Virus record (IMG/VR): IMGVR_UViG_3300048818_000230
Span: 1-64,000 of that record
Length of the DNA: 64,000 nt
From: a virus
Strand: one strand, 5' to 3'
Under the pieces are notes generated by a model that was not told where the DNA came from, ran no database searches, and was given only the letters and a program-made list of their open reading frames with translations. Shown here in pieces: positions 1 through 9,103 of this stretch (within the stretch, counting starts at the first letter, position 1; the number at the start of each line of letters is the position of its first letter). A program made the translations under genes and the position numbers.

Positions 1-465
1 GGGGTTTGCGTTCAGCATCTGCCCGGGAGACTGGCTTGCATCAGGCATCCCGAGCGTGTGAGCGTATTCATGGCCGAACGTCGTGCAGATCGCATACTCC
101 ATGGCTGGATTCGTCGATTGCAGCGAACGCCACATCGAACCAGAGATGTCGATCGTGCATTGGTCGAGAGCGGTCTCAGCCCAGATCAGCGATGCGGGGA
201 CGTTCGTCCCATCGTTGCCTGCTGCATCGATCATCGGCGTGATCAGCACGCGCTCCGGCGAGCACGGCGCGCGTAGTGAGGGATAGATCGCGCGCCAGTA
301 GGTCGCAGCGAGCGCTAGGTCGCGCTGGACAACCCTGTTCGCAGTCACGTCGGTCGTCGGGTTGCCCGGTCCGGCAGCGCTCGAGAGTGCTGGAACCGCT
401 AGACCCACGATGATCGCCGTGGCCAGCGCAGAACGGCAGATAGCTTTGCGAGAACGCTTCTCCAT
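1..465 (-). CDS. secreted HExxH metallopeptidase-like protein, partial (open to window start; absent from ORF track)
   Basis: Manual minus-strand translation from ATG 465: MEKRSRKAICRSALATAIIVGLAVPALSSAAGP... has a signal-peptide-like N-terminus. It stays open to nt 1 and contains TTFGHEYAH (HExxH). Confidence 0.55.
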   Translation of the reverse strand, partial: MEKRSRKAICRSALATAIIVGLAVPALSSAAGPGNPTTDVTANRVVQRDLALAATYWRAIYPSLRAPCSPERVLITPMIDAAGNDGTNVPASLIWAETALDQCTIDISGSMWRSLQSTNPAMEYAICTTFGHEYAHTLGMPDASQSPGQMLNANP

Positions 466-511
466 ACCTCCATGATAGCAGCTAACCTAGCTAGTAGGTT
501 TAGAACTTTGC

Positions 512-790
512 TCAGAGGTTGAAGTCGACTGGGTCGAGCCCGAGTGCTTCGATGATCCGAAGCGCTGATGCGCGATGAATTCTGGGTTCCCAATGAGCAG
601 CTCTGTGGCGCTGGCTGAGACCCAGCTTCCTTTTCAGTTGCGTGGGATCCCCGTTGCTCCCCTTCATGTAGCCGCAAGCTCGAGCGAGCGCTGCCCAGCT
701 CGCGAATTGCCCGGAGGCGATTGCGCGCTCGCATGGACCGCGAAGTTCAAAGGCTGCGAAGCTCTCATCGGGCAGATAGAAGAGCCTCAT
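512..790 (-). CDS. small HTH-like protein, paralog of 14918..15181
   Basis: 92-aa ORF. Shares the QF.SWAA.A.ACGY core and the C-terminal ALGLDPVDF[ND]L with 14918..15181. Confidence 0.55.
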   Translation of the reverse strand: MRLFYLPDESFAAFELRGPCERAIASGQFASWAALARACGYMKGSNGDPTQLKRKLGLSQRHRAAHWEPRIHRASALRIIEALGLDPVDFNL

Positions 791-947
791 CTGTGTTTGG
801 ATCGTCTTGCGGCCCTCCTCCTCGGGGCGCGCAGAATAGCTAGCCGAGAACAGCTTTGCAAGCAGCGAAAATCCTTGCTATCGCTGGTACAATCGCGCTT
901 TGCGAGCACGCGAGGCGGCTCCCCTCCTCGAGTAGACAGGGAAGTGG

Positions 948-1739
948 ATGAGATTGCGGAGTGGTTTCGAGCGTGTCTCTATAGATGACGTTGGTCTCCG
1001 TGATTACATCGACGCACAGTTCCGTAGCGAGAAGGAGCGAGTCGATGTCCTGTTCCGCGAGAAGGAACGCGCGCTCGACATGGCGAGCAACGAGCGCGAC
1101 CGGGCTGCGGAGGTGCTGCGTGATGAGCAACGTCGCGCAATCGCTACCGCAGAGACGGAGCGCGAGAAGGCCGCTTCGGCACTGCGCGACGGCACGGCCC
1201 GGTCAATCTCCGACAACTACGCACGGCTGACCGAACTCGTCGGGGCAACCCGCGACTTCCTGATGGCGAAGATCGAGAGCACTCAGCGTGAGGCGACGCA
1301 TGCGCAGGCCGCATCCGAGAAGGCGATCTTGAAGGCTGAGGCGTCGGACTCCGAACGGTTTCATTCCCATAACGGGCTGATCGAGCAGATGCGCCAGCAG
1401 GCCGAGAAGTCGGAACAGAACGCACAGGCCGCGGCAGCCGAGTTCGCGCAGCGTGATCTCGTAGACCAGGCATTCAAAGATCTGCAGCGGCAGATCACCG
1501 AATTGCATGAGAATGTTGCTGTTGGCCCGGCTGACCTCAAGATGCTGCGGTCTACTTCCGACCAGCAGGAGGGTCATAGAGCGCAGGCCGCAGAGTCCTC
1601 AACCCAGCAAAAGGCGAGTACCGGCCTGTGGATAACTCTGGCCGGCGTGATCGTCGCTGCAGCAACTATCGTGGCGATCGTCCTGAGCAGCCACTCTGGG
1701 ACGCTCTGCGTGGTAGCAGGCAAGGTCGTCGGCTGCTGA
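948..1739 (+). CDS. coiled-coil protein with C-terminal transmembrane anchor
   Basis: 263-aa ORF, E/R/A/Q-rich heptad-like sequence, C-terminal LWITLAGVIVAAATIVAIVL hydrophobic helix. Confidence 0.55.
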   Translation: MRLRSGFERVSIDDVGLRDYIDAQFRSEKERVDVLFREKERALDMASNERDRAAEVLRDEQRRAIATAETEREKAASALRDGTARSISDNYARLTELVGATRDFLMAKIESTQREATHAQAASEKAILKAEASDSERFHSHNGLIEQMRQQAEKSEQNAQAAAAEFAQRDLVDQAFKDLQRQITELHENVAVGPADLKMLRSTSDQQEGHRAQAAESSTQQKASTGLWITLAGVIVAAATIVAIVLSSHSGTLCVVAGKVVGC

Positions 1740-2059
1740 TGAGGCGCAACGATGACTGGCTCCTGCTGCTCATCGACTCTGAGCGTCGTCGCGTCAACGC
1801 GTTGCTCGGAGTGGTGTTCTTGGTGGCCGCGTTCGTCTGGCTCGAGCTCGGACGCCGTCTCGGTTTCGCGGGGCGTGTCGCCGACGAACGCGCGACGGTC
1901 GTCAACACCCGCTTGGACACGCTCACCGGCGACCAGCTCGGTCACGAGGGCCGCAGCCAGGGTGTCTCGAGCGTCTTCAAGGCAGCCGCCACGATCCTCA
2001 GCACCTTCGCCGTGCTTCTTGCGATCTTCATTCCGCTGATCGCCACCCACAATCTCTGA
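1739..2059 (+). CDS. membrane protein
   Basis: Internal ATG overlaps the upstream stop (TGATG). Two hydrophobic helices (LLGVVFLVAAFVWL; ILSTFAVLLAIFIPLIA). Confidence 0.45.
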   Translation: MRRNDDWLLLLIDSERRRVNALLGVVFLVAAFVWLELGRRLGFAGRVADERATVVNTRLDTLTGDQLGHEGRSQGVSSVFKAAATILSTFAVLLAIFIPLIATHNL

Positions 2060-2134
2060 TGCTTGCTGGCTGAATCCTCATGGGGCTGCTGGTGGCAACT
2101 TGGATCGGTGGCCATCTCTATCTAGGAGACGCCG

Positions 2135-2500
2135 ATGAACGACGACAAGCCCACCCCGTTGTGGCAGAAGGTCATCGCCGGGGTCTTGGTTGTGATTGTG
2201 GGACTCACCCTGATCTTCGGATGGTCGCGCATTGGCCCCGACGCATGGCCACCCGATAGGAGTTTCGTAGGGCCAAATCTGGTCGCCGCGATCGTCCAGT
2301 GGATGATCATTTTCGTCGTTGGCGTGCTTGTCTGGCCGCCGACACGACGGCGAATGCATCGGTTCGTCGACCACAAGATCGCACCGCTTCATGCAAAGCT
2401 CGATGCCCACGAGGAGATGCACAAAGAGCACGCTGACAAGCTCGATCACCTGGCGGAACGGCTCGAAGCCCTGCACGCCAAGCACGAGAATCGTTCCTAG
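2135..2500 (+). CDS. membrane protein
   Basis: 121-aa ORF, AGGAGA upstream, two TM helices (VIAGVLVVIVGLTLIFGW; LVAAIVQWMIIFVVGVLVW). Confidence 0.5.
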   Translation: MNDDKPTPLWQKVIAGVLVVIVGLTLIFGWSRIGPDAWPPDRSFVGPNLVAAIVQWMIIFVVGVLVWPPTRRRMHRFVDHKIAPLHAKLDAHEEMHKEHADKLDHLAERLEALHAKHENRS

Positions 2501-2599
2501 AGACACGGCGACCTCCGTACTTCTCGACTAGCACGGAGGCCGCGGCGCGATCTGGGAGGCGAGGGAGGAGAGTTCTCGCCGGCCGATCGTAGCAAATCC

Positions 2600-2628
2600 T
2601 TGCGATCCTAGCTAGTCCTTGCGATACT
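2600..2628 (+). promoter_or_regulatory. sigma70-like promoter TTGCGA-N17-GATACT, 11 nt upstream of helicase start
   Basis: Hexamers read directly. Embedded in a tandem TCCTTGCGAT repeat (2597 and 2616). Confidence 0.35.
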
Positions 2629-2639
2629 AATAGCTAGGT

Positions 2640-4085
2640 TTGCGCGCATCGATCTCATCCCACATCGCTATCGCGCAAGACGCGATCCCTCCCGCGCTGC
2701 GCGAGGAGATCTGCGCCGCTCTAACGATCCGCAACCCCGACAAGGACCGAGCGCTCTCCGAGCACATCCGAGGGGCTGCAGACCTCCCTGACGAGCTGTG
2801 GCTGTGGTCTGAGCGCGGCGGCAGGTTGATCCTTCCGCGCGGATTCGCACACAGGCTCCAGACGATCGCCCTGCACCACCACGAGCAGGTCGAGTGGAAG
2901 TCAGGCATGAGGCTCTATCCCCCGTCTCAGCGCTGCTTCGCCGATTGGCCGCAGATCGAGCTCCGTGACTACCAGGCGCAAGCCCGCAACGAGATGCTCG
3001 ATTGGGCCAGCGGCATCTGCATGGCGCCGACAGGAGTTGGCAAGACGAGGATCGCGCTCGAGGTCGCGCGCTGGGCCGGTCAGCCGACGCTGGTGATCGT
3101 CGACAAGATCTCGCTGGCGAAGCAGTGGATGACGGTGATCGCTGATTCCTACGGCTACGAGGCTGGCTTCATCGGCGATGGAGTCTGGAAGGAGCAGCAC
3201 TTCACGGTGGCGCTGAGGCAATCGCTGTGGGCGCGTCGTGAGAACACCCCCGCTGGCTTCTGGACCTACTGGGGAATGCTGATTCTCGATGAGGTCCACC
3301 ACGCGTCTGCAGAGACGCTTACGGATCTGATCCAGCGCTTCACAGCCTTCTACCGCCTCGGTTATTCGGCGACTCCGGTCATGAACGAGGATCTGTTTTC
3401 CACCATTGAGGCGATCGTTGGCCCAATCGTCCATCGCACGCTTGCGGCAGATGTCGCCGAGGTGCTCGTCAAGCCGAGCGTCGTGGTCGTTCCGACGGCC
3501 TTCGAGTTCGACTTCGTCCCGACGCACATGCGTGGCCACCAGAGGGTGCAGAACAACTACACCGCGGTGATGGCGGCGCTCTGCGCCGACGATAGACGCA
3601 ACAACCTGATCGTCGATATCGCGCTCGAGGAAGCCGACGCAGGCCATCACGTGCTGATCACGACTCGTCGGGTCGAGCACGTCGAGCGGATCATCGAGAA
3701 GATCGCTCTGCGCGTTGCGGTCCAGGACATCGCTCCGTTCCTCTACGTCCTCACCGGCAAGCAGAGCAAGATCTACGAGGAGACTCGCCGAGCGATTGCT
3801 TCAGCAACCACGGGTACGATCCTTGTCTCGACGATCGCCGACGAAGCGCTTGACATCCCCCGTCTCGATCGGCTGATCATGGCCTACCCGGCTCGTCGCG
3901 TCCCGCTTGTCGAGCAGCAGATCGGCCGCATAGGACGCCCCGCCGGAGGCAAGACCGACGCCATCGTCTTCGACATCTACGACGAGAAGATCGGCGTCAT
4001 GAAGGGACAACATCGCGATAGATCTCAGCAGCTCTATCTGCGCCGGCGCTGGGCAATCGAGCGTCGCGAGTCAGTGGTGGCGTGA
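2640..4085 (+). CDS. superfamily 2 DEAD/DEAH-type DNA helicase
   Basis: Walker A APTGVGKT, motif II LILDEVHH, motif III SATP, motif VI QQIGRIGR. TTG start. Confidence 0.85.
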   Translation: MRASISSHIAIAQDAIPPALREEICAALTIRNPDKDRALSEHIRGAADLPDELWLWSERGGRLILPRGFAHRLQTIALHHHEQVEWKSGMRLYPPSQRCFADWPQIELRDYQAQARNEMLDWASGICMAPTGVGKTRIALEVARWAGQPTLVIVDKISLAKQWMTVIADSYGYEAGFIGDGVWKEQHFTVALRQSLWARRENTPAGFWTYWGMLILDEVHHASAETLTDLIQRFTAFYRLGYSATPVMNEDLFSTIEAIVGPIVHRTLAADVAEVLVKPSVVVVPTAFEFDFVPTHMRGHQRVQNNYTAVMAALCADDRRNNLIVDIALEEADAGHHVLITTRRVEHVERIIEKIALRVAVQDIAPFLYVLTGKQSKIYEETRRAIASATTGTILVSTIADEALDIPRLDRLIMAYPARRVPLVEQQIGRIGRPAGGKTDAIVFDIYDEKIGVMKGQHRDRSQQLYLRRRWAIERRESVVA

Positions 4086-4510
4086 AGGCGACGGCTTGGA
4101 TTGATGGAGGCAATAGAGGCGCTCCTGGGCCTCATGGCTGTGCGGTTGTCTTGGTGCTCGACGATGGACCGACGATCGAGAAGGCGGTCTATCTCGGCGA
4201 TCACGGGACGAACAACCAAGCCGAATACGGCGCCTTGATCCTAGCTCTGAAGCTAAGTGCTCAGCATGGCGTGACGATGCTCAAGATTCGTAGCGATTCT
4301 CGTTTGATCGTTGAGCAAGTTATCGGCGCGTGGCGCGTCAAAGAACCGTCTCTGAGGCCGTTCGTCGACCGTGCGCGCGCGCTTGCTGCGACGTTCGAGC
4401 AGATCGAGATCAGGCATGTTCCTCGTGAGCAGAACAGCGCCGCAGATGCGCTTGTCACAGCCCTCCTCGACGAGAAGGTAGGCAAGAAGCGCGGCGAGAG
4501 AAGGGCATGA
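4082..4510 (+). CDS. rnhA: ribonuclease HI
   Basis: WIDGGNRG...NNQAEYGALILAL...IRSDSRLIV...QNSAADALV matches the RNase H type 1 D-E-D-D layout. GTGA overlap with the helicase stop. Confidence 0.8.
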   Translation: MKATAWIDGGNRGAPGPHGCAVVLVLDDGPTIEKAVYLGDHGTNNQAEYGALILALKLSAQHGVTMLKIRSDSRLIVEQVIGAWRVKEPSLRPFVDRARALAATFEQIEIRHVPREQNSAADALVTALLDEKVGKKRGERRA

Positions 4511-5187
4511 AGCTCATTGGGTTGATGGCGTGGTTTGACGAAGAGCCACTCAGGCTCCATGAGTCGATTGGAGACCTCGCGCTTCTCGGCGTGACTGATC
4601 TGATCGCGCTTGATGGCCCCTACGCCAACTTTCCCCACGGCCGCACGCTGTCGCGCCAGAGCGAGCCCGATGCAATCGTCGCCGGCTGTGCTTCGCACGG
4701 CATCTCGCTGACGCTGCAGCGGCCAGTGAGCGCTTGGATCGGTGATGAAGTCGCCAAGCGCCAGCGGTTGCTTGATCTGGCGCACATCGTTGCTGCCGAC
4801 GAGCCAGCGTGGCTATGCATCTGGGATGCCGACTGGCGTCTGGAACCACCGTTTGACGCAAGCAGCATCTGGCCGGCTGAGAACTTGCCGCGGAGTGTCG
4901 ATGTGAGCATTTGCGACGACCCGGTCCACGGCGAGCCTCCAGAGGCTGCTTGGTACCCGATGAAGATGCTGATGCGATTCGAGCCGGGGATGCATATGGG
5001 CTCTGCCCACTACATCTACGCCTATCCGGACGGCTTCGAGCAGTGGATTCTTCCGCGGCGCGAGCAAGACGTAGCTCCGCTCTCAGGAGTCCGTGTACGC
5101 CATCTGAAGTACCGGCGCCATCCGGCGCGTCTCAAGCGCCAGGCTGCATATTACGAGGTCAGAGATGGCGAAGGACTCGAGTCCTGA
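4507..5187 (+). CDS. putative GT-A fold glycosyltransferase
   Basis: 226-aa ORF coupled by ATGA. IWDADW is DxD-like. Function is inferred only from the motif and its neighbours. Confidence 0.4.
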   Translation: MKLIGLMAWFDEEPLRLHESIGDLALLGVTDLIALDGPYANFPHGRTLSRQSEPDAIVAGCASHGISLTLQRPVSAWIGDEVAKRQRLLDLAHIVAADEPAWLCIWDADWRLEPPFDASSIWPAENLPRSVDVSICDDPVHGEPPEAAWYPMKMLMRFEPGMHMGSAHYIYAYPDGFEQWILPRREQDVAPLSGVRVRHLKYRRHPARLKRQAAYYEVRDGEGLES

Positions 5188-5190
5188 GAT

Positions 5191-5418
5191 GTGTTCGAGC
5201 GCGTCGCCCCGCACACGCTGGTCTGGCGTCTCTACCCCAACGGCGGCCGTATTGCTGCTGTCGCGATACCGCTCGAGGAGGCTGATCGCATAGCTGCTCG
5301 CGGTTGGATCAAGATCAATGGTCATCGTGCGCAGATCGCCGAGAGATTCCCGGACGAGGTCTACAACGCTACTTTCCGCATCGCCTTCGACGAACCCTAC
5401 TCAGATCCGCACCCCTAA
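5191..5418 (+). CDS. hypothetical protein
   Basis: 75-aa ORF, GTG start 4 nt after the upstream stop, same-strand operon. Confidence 0.4.
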   Translation: MFERVAPHTLVWRLYPNGGRIAAVAIPLEEADRIAARGWIKINGHRAQIAERFPDEVYNATFRIAFDEPYSDPHP

Positions 5419-5419
5419 C

Positions 5420-6067
5420 ATGCCAATGAGACCGCTCCTGATCGTCCTGAATCCGCGCAAGATCCAGCCCGTGCTCGAGGCTTTCGACGCGCTGCACATC
5501 GAGAAGGCGTACGTCAGCGGCTACACCGAGCTCGAACTCGTTCCGGTGCTTGCTCAGCTCGTCGAAAGCACCGACTACAGCCACTACCTCGTGGTCTCTG
5601 ACGATGTGATCGTGAGCCAGCAGGCGCTTGATTCGGTGCTGTGGCTGCTCGAGACTCATCCGGTGGCGACAGCGTGGTGCAAGCTGGACTCCAGCAAGGA
5701 GTGCGAATCGGTCAACATCGTTCGTTCGCCGCTCAGGCTTCCCGTCCCCACGATGGATTCCTACGATTTCTACCGCCAGGACGATGTTCTCTACTGGCAC
5801 CATGAGGTCGTCCCTACGTGGTTCGCCGGCATGGCGCCGCAGGGAATGTCGCGCAAGCTCTGGCAGCAATTCCCCTTCGACACCTACTCGAGCGGCTGGG
5901 CCGGGGACTACCACGTCTCCTGGCGGCTGCAGAAGGCCGGGATTCCCATCGTCTCGGCGAGATCTGCCTTCACGCAGCACCTGAAACAGCGCTGGAACTT
6001 CCCAGACTCCAACCCCGACTACCGCCTACATCTCGGCGTCGAGCACCAGGGAGTGCGGTTCTCGTGA
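5420..6067 (+). CDS. putative GT-A fold glycosyltransferase
   Basis: Internal ATG 5420 directly after the upstream stop. LVVSDDVIV (DxD-like) and GDYHVSWRLQKAGIPI resemble family-2 glycosyltransferases. Confidence 0.4.
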   Translation: MPMRPLLIVLNPRKIQPVLEAFDALHIEKAYVSGYTELELVPVLAQLVESTDYSHYLVVSDDVIVSQQALDSVLWLLETHPVATAWCKLDSSKECESVNIVRSPLRLPVPTMDSYDFYRQDDVLYWHHEVVPTWFAGMAPQGMSRKLWQQFPFDTYSSGWAGDYHVSWRLQKAGIPIVSARSAFTQHLKQRWNFPDSNPDYRLHLGVEHQGVRFS

Positions 6068-6297
6068 TCGTCTGCGGCATCACGCTTGGAGACGTACCTG
6101 AGACCAGTACGCCGATCGAGGTAATCGTCATCTTCAAGGCACTCAATGCCAACGGAGAGAGCTGCATCTACCACCGAGCGAGCGCTGGTCTGGCCATCTG
6201 GGATGAGATCGGCTTGCTGACTCTAGTCCTTGATCGGAAGCGAGACGAGACGAAAAGAGGTTATGACCGCGACCCCGGCGACGAGACCAACGAATGA
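6064..6297 (+). CDS. hypothetical protein
   Basis: 77 aa, GTGA overlap upstream and ATGA overlap downstream. Confidence 0.4.
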   Translation: MIVCGITLGDVPETSTPIEVIVIFKALNANGESCIYHRASAGLAIWDEIGLLTLVLDRKRDETKRGYDRDPGDETNE

Positions 6298-7334
6298 GGG
6301 TCATCGTTTACCCGTCAGACATGAGCGGCTGCAGCTACTACCGCGTGCTCGAGCCTGTTGCCGCGGCTTGTAGAGCCGGCGTCGACGCGAGCGTCTCCTA
6401 CCGCTTCCCGAACAAGCTCAAGCCGTTGCCTAACGGCATCGACAAGGTCACGGGGCTGCTCGCCGAGCTCGATGCCGATGTCGTCGTCTTCCATCGGCCG
6501 CTGGATTACCGCATCGTCGACTCGATCAAGTTCCTGCGCAAGGCCGGAATCGGAGTCGTCGTGGATCTCGACGATGATCTCCTCTCGGCCGATCCATCCT
6601 CGCTCTTCGTCCGGTTGCACAGCCCAGAGAACAACCCGCGCGAGAACTGGCAGCACTGCATCCGCGCCTGCAAGCTGGCTGACGTCGTGACCTGCTCAAC
6701 GCCGGCGATCGAGCGTAGATGGGGCTTCGGCCATGGCGTTGTAGCCCGCAATGGAATCCCGCCGTGGGTGCTCGAGCTCGTCCACGTCGGTGGCGGAGGA
6801 ATCGGTTGGTCAGGGCTCACGCACATGCATGGCGGGGACCTCGAGATCGTCGGGGACGGCGTACAGCGTGCTCTGGACGCCACAGGACTCTCTTTCACGG
6901 CTGTCGGCAATGGAATCGACGTCCAGGAGCGTCTCGGCCTCACGCGCCCTCCCAAGATCACCGGCTGGACATCGGCCGGAGAGCACTACGCGAACATCGC
7001 CAAGCTCGATATCGGCATCGCTCCGCTCGCCGATACGCCGTTCTCTCAGGCCCGCTCGGCGATCAAGGTACTCGAGTATGCAGCACTCGGTATCCCCTCT
7101 GTGGCTTCTCCGCTGCCCGAGTACGAGCTGGTTGCGCAGGATGGTCTCTGCGTGATTGCTCGAGATCCACAGGAGTGGTTTGAGCAGATCTGCCGTATAG
7201 ATGCTGGCTACAAGCTCTTTGGACTTCGCGCCAGAATCCGCGCAAAGCACACCACAGACACCACGATCACGACGTGGATCGACGCTTGGGAGCTGGCTCA
7301 GGCGAAAGCTCTTCGGCGCCTCGCGCGCGCGTAA
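6294..7334 (+). CDS. GT-B fold glycosyltransferase (GT1/GT4-like)
   Basis: C-terminal IGIAPLADTPFSQARSAIKVLEYAALGIPSVAS matches the E..G...lE..a.G.P motif of GT-B enzymes. Confidence 0.65.
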   Translation: MRVIVYPSDMSGCSYYRVLEPVAAACRAGVDASVSYRFPNKLKPLPNGIDKVTGLLAELDADVVVFHRPLDYRIVDSIKFLRKAGIGVVVDLDDDLLSADPSSLFVRLHSPENNPRENWQHCIRACKLADVVTCSTPAIERRWGFGHGVVARNGIPPWVLELVHVGGGGIGWSGLTHMHGGDLEIVGDGVQRALDATGLSFTAVGNGIDVQERLGLTRPPKITGWTSAGEHYANIAKLDIGIAPLADTPFSQARSAIKVLEYAALGIPSVASPLPEYELVAQDGLCVIARDPQEWFEQICRIDAGYKLFGLRARIRAKHTTDTTITTWIDAWELAQAKALRRLARA

Positions 7335-7383
7335 TCTGTTTCACCGTCGAGAAGACGAGCACGTTTCACGTGAAACGTTCCCG

Positions 7384-7812
7384 TCAAATGCAGGCTAAAT
7401 GCGGAACGCGCGGCGGGGCATCGAAGGTGATCTCTATCCAACGTGCTTCGTGCTCGCGAAGCCATTCTGGTTGGCCTGCTCTGATCTTCGCGGTCGATCT
7501 GCGGTTGCGCAGATTGTCGGCTTTGGTTCCCGGCCGGAGGTTTATGCGGCGGTTGTCGAGCTTGTCGTGGTTGAGATGGTCGACCTCCAACGGATCTCCT
7601 GGCCAGAGATCGCAGATCGCGCGATGCATCGAGCGTGTGCGCGTTGAGCACTCGGAGCGATAGGCGCTCCGCACGGCGTAGCCATCGCTCCATGTCCAGC
7701 GCCAGCCAGAAACGATCGCCAGATCGTCTTCGTCAACGACCGCTTCCGCGATGATGGCGCCTGCTCGATTAGTGATTGGCACCAGCACATACGACGCTCG
7801 CTCTTGCAGCAC
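7384..7812 (-). CDS. HNH homing-type endonuclease
   Basis: EVDHLNHDKLDNRRINLR HNH core. Paralog of 45422..45952. GTG start 6 nt after a TATGCT -10-like hexamer. Confidence 0.75.
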   Translation of the reverse strand: MLQERASYVLVPITNRAGAIIAEAVVDEDDLAIVSGWRWTWSDGYAVRSAYRSECSTRTRSMHRAICDLWPGDPLEVDHLNHDKLDNRRINLRPGTKADNLRNRRSTAKIRAGQPEWLREHEARWIEITFDAPPRVPHLACI

Positions 7813-7857
7813 CTAGTAAGCATAGTAGCTTTCAGCGCCAGCTTCCCTCGTAGCGAC

Positions 7858-8253
7858 TCAAGCTGCTGAACGAGTCCAGTAGCCCTTCTCGGGAGAGCCT
7901 TCGAGCAGACGGTCTTTGACCATCCGCGGAAGCCGGCGAGAGAGACCTCGAGTGTCGAGTTCCATTCCCTCGGCGATTGCCGAAGCCAGCATCGGATTCT
8001 GTTCGCCAGCGTTAGCCGCCAGGAACGAGATGATGTCGGAGTCAGCCACAGAACGGGAGCCGAAAGTCCCTGTCTGCTGAGCCGCTAAAGACGCACGTAG
8101 GCGACGAACTTTCTCGCGTTGCGCGTCAAGTGGAACCTCCATCTTGTGCAAAACCTCCTCTTCCGCAGCGAGCTTATCTTTCAAGAAGCGGATCACTTCA
8201 TCGTCACCCATATGACACAAGCCTCCTTCCCCGGAAAGTGGATCAATACCCAA
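7858..8253 (-). CDS. putative winged-helix DNA-binding protein
   Basis: 131-aa ORF. C-terminal half is MarR-like (SAIAEGMELDTRGLSRRLPRMVKDRLLEG). Operator-like repeats lie at its 5' end. Confidence 0.45.
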   Translation of the reverse strand: MGIDPLSGEGGLCHMGDDEVIRFLKDKLAAEEEVLHKMEVPLDAQREKVRRLRASLAAQQTGTFGSRSVADSDIISFLAANAGEQNPMLASAIAEGMELDTRGLSRRLPRMVKDRLLEGSPEKGYWTRSAA

Positions 8254-8301
8254 GTAATATCAGTACAGAACAGCTTAGTATTGATGTCCTAAGTATTGAT
8301 G
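8241..8301. repeat. three copies of RGTATTGATS (8241-8250 inverted; 8277-8286 and 8292-8301 direct), operator-like
   Basis: gatcaatacc / agtattgatg / agtattgatg read directly at the 5' end of the wHTH gene. Confidence 0.5.
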
Positions 8302-8382
8302 CTACTTCTACAACTTCCTACCCAGTTATGTAAAGTGGGTAGGTTTCTCCCCACTATCATAGCAGGAGAAACGGCATCGATG

Positions 8383-8404
8383 TAGAAGAGCGATCTCTAT
8401 TGAG
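8383..8404 (+). repeat. TAGAAGAGC + CGATCTCTATTGAG motif, shared with 43611-43619, 43667-43680 and 43781-43794
   Basis: Exact string matches seen by eye in two lower-GC non-coding regions 35 kb apart. Confidence 0.5.
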
Positions 8405-8502
8405 GTTAGGCGACTGCTTCCAGCTTTCTAGGTGAGATTCCTGCTACTGGGATGAGAAATTTCTTGAATCTTCTTTTCAGCTCTCAAACGTTGAGCGCCG
8501 GA

Positions 8503-8522
8503 GGGAGGACCTTAGTCCTCCC
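8503..8522. terminator. GC-rich hairpin GGGAGGAC-CTTA-GTCCTCCC
   Basis: Perfect 8-bp stem with a tetraloop in a non-coding region. No clear U-tract. Confidence 0.3.
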
Positions 8523-9067
8523 GACTAGGCGCTCGAGATCGAATCTACCAAAACGCGCCAGATATTCTTCTAATTCCTTCCGAAGCCGTCCGCAGGACGT
8601 GCATTCTCCAGTCTGACCCCGTCTCCTCCGACTCGCCCTTCGGGCTCGTCTCCGTCGAGGGGTCAAAAGGCCGAATTTGTTCCGCTCGCCAATAGGAAAA
8701 ACGCGCGCGCGTGATGCGCGACGATGGTGGTCTACATAGCCGGTCTGAGCTCCATCCCCCGCCTGTACCCTCCTTTCGTGGGCCTCGGTGAACCGTCCTT
8801 GGAACGGGATTGGCTGTAGCGACAGCGGTTGTCGGCCGGCGCAGACGTCTAGGCGCCCGATCCTGATGCGCGTTTGGATGCCGTCATCGCCGGGACTCCG
8901 GGCAAAGACGAGATGAAGCTCTGTTGGTACTTCATGTGGTATCCTGACTCCTAGCGTTTCCCGCGCTTAGCGTAGCAAACTTCGTACGTTCAGTCGAGAG
9001 CCTCGTGTGGTAGCGGGGCTCTCGATCGTTCTGGGACGAAGCTCGCGCAATAGCTTGGGACAAAGCC

Positions 9068-9096
9068 TTGACGGAAGCTCGCCGAAAAGCTATCGT
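9068..9096 (+). promoter_or_regulatory. promoter TTGACG-N17-TATCGT; ATG 9104 lies 7 nt after the -10 (leaderless-type)
   Basis: Hexamers and spacing counted directly. Confidence 0.45.
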
Positions 9097-9103
9097 GCGA
9101 GGA

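Noticed and set aside
8484-8666. ORF 8484..8666- as a gene
   Set aside because: It has an Arg-rich N-terminus, spans a perfect GC hairpin, has no RBS, and lies in a lower-GC region that looks regulatory.
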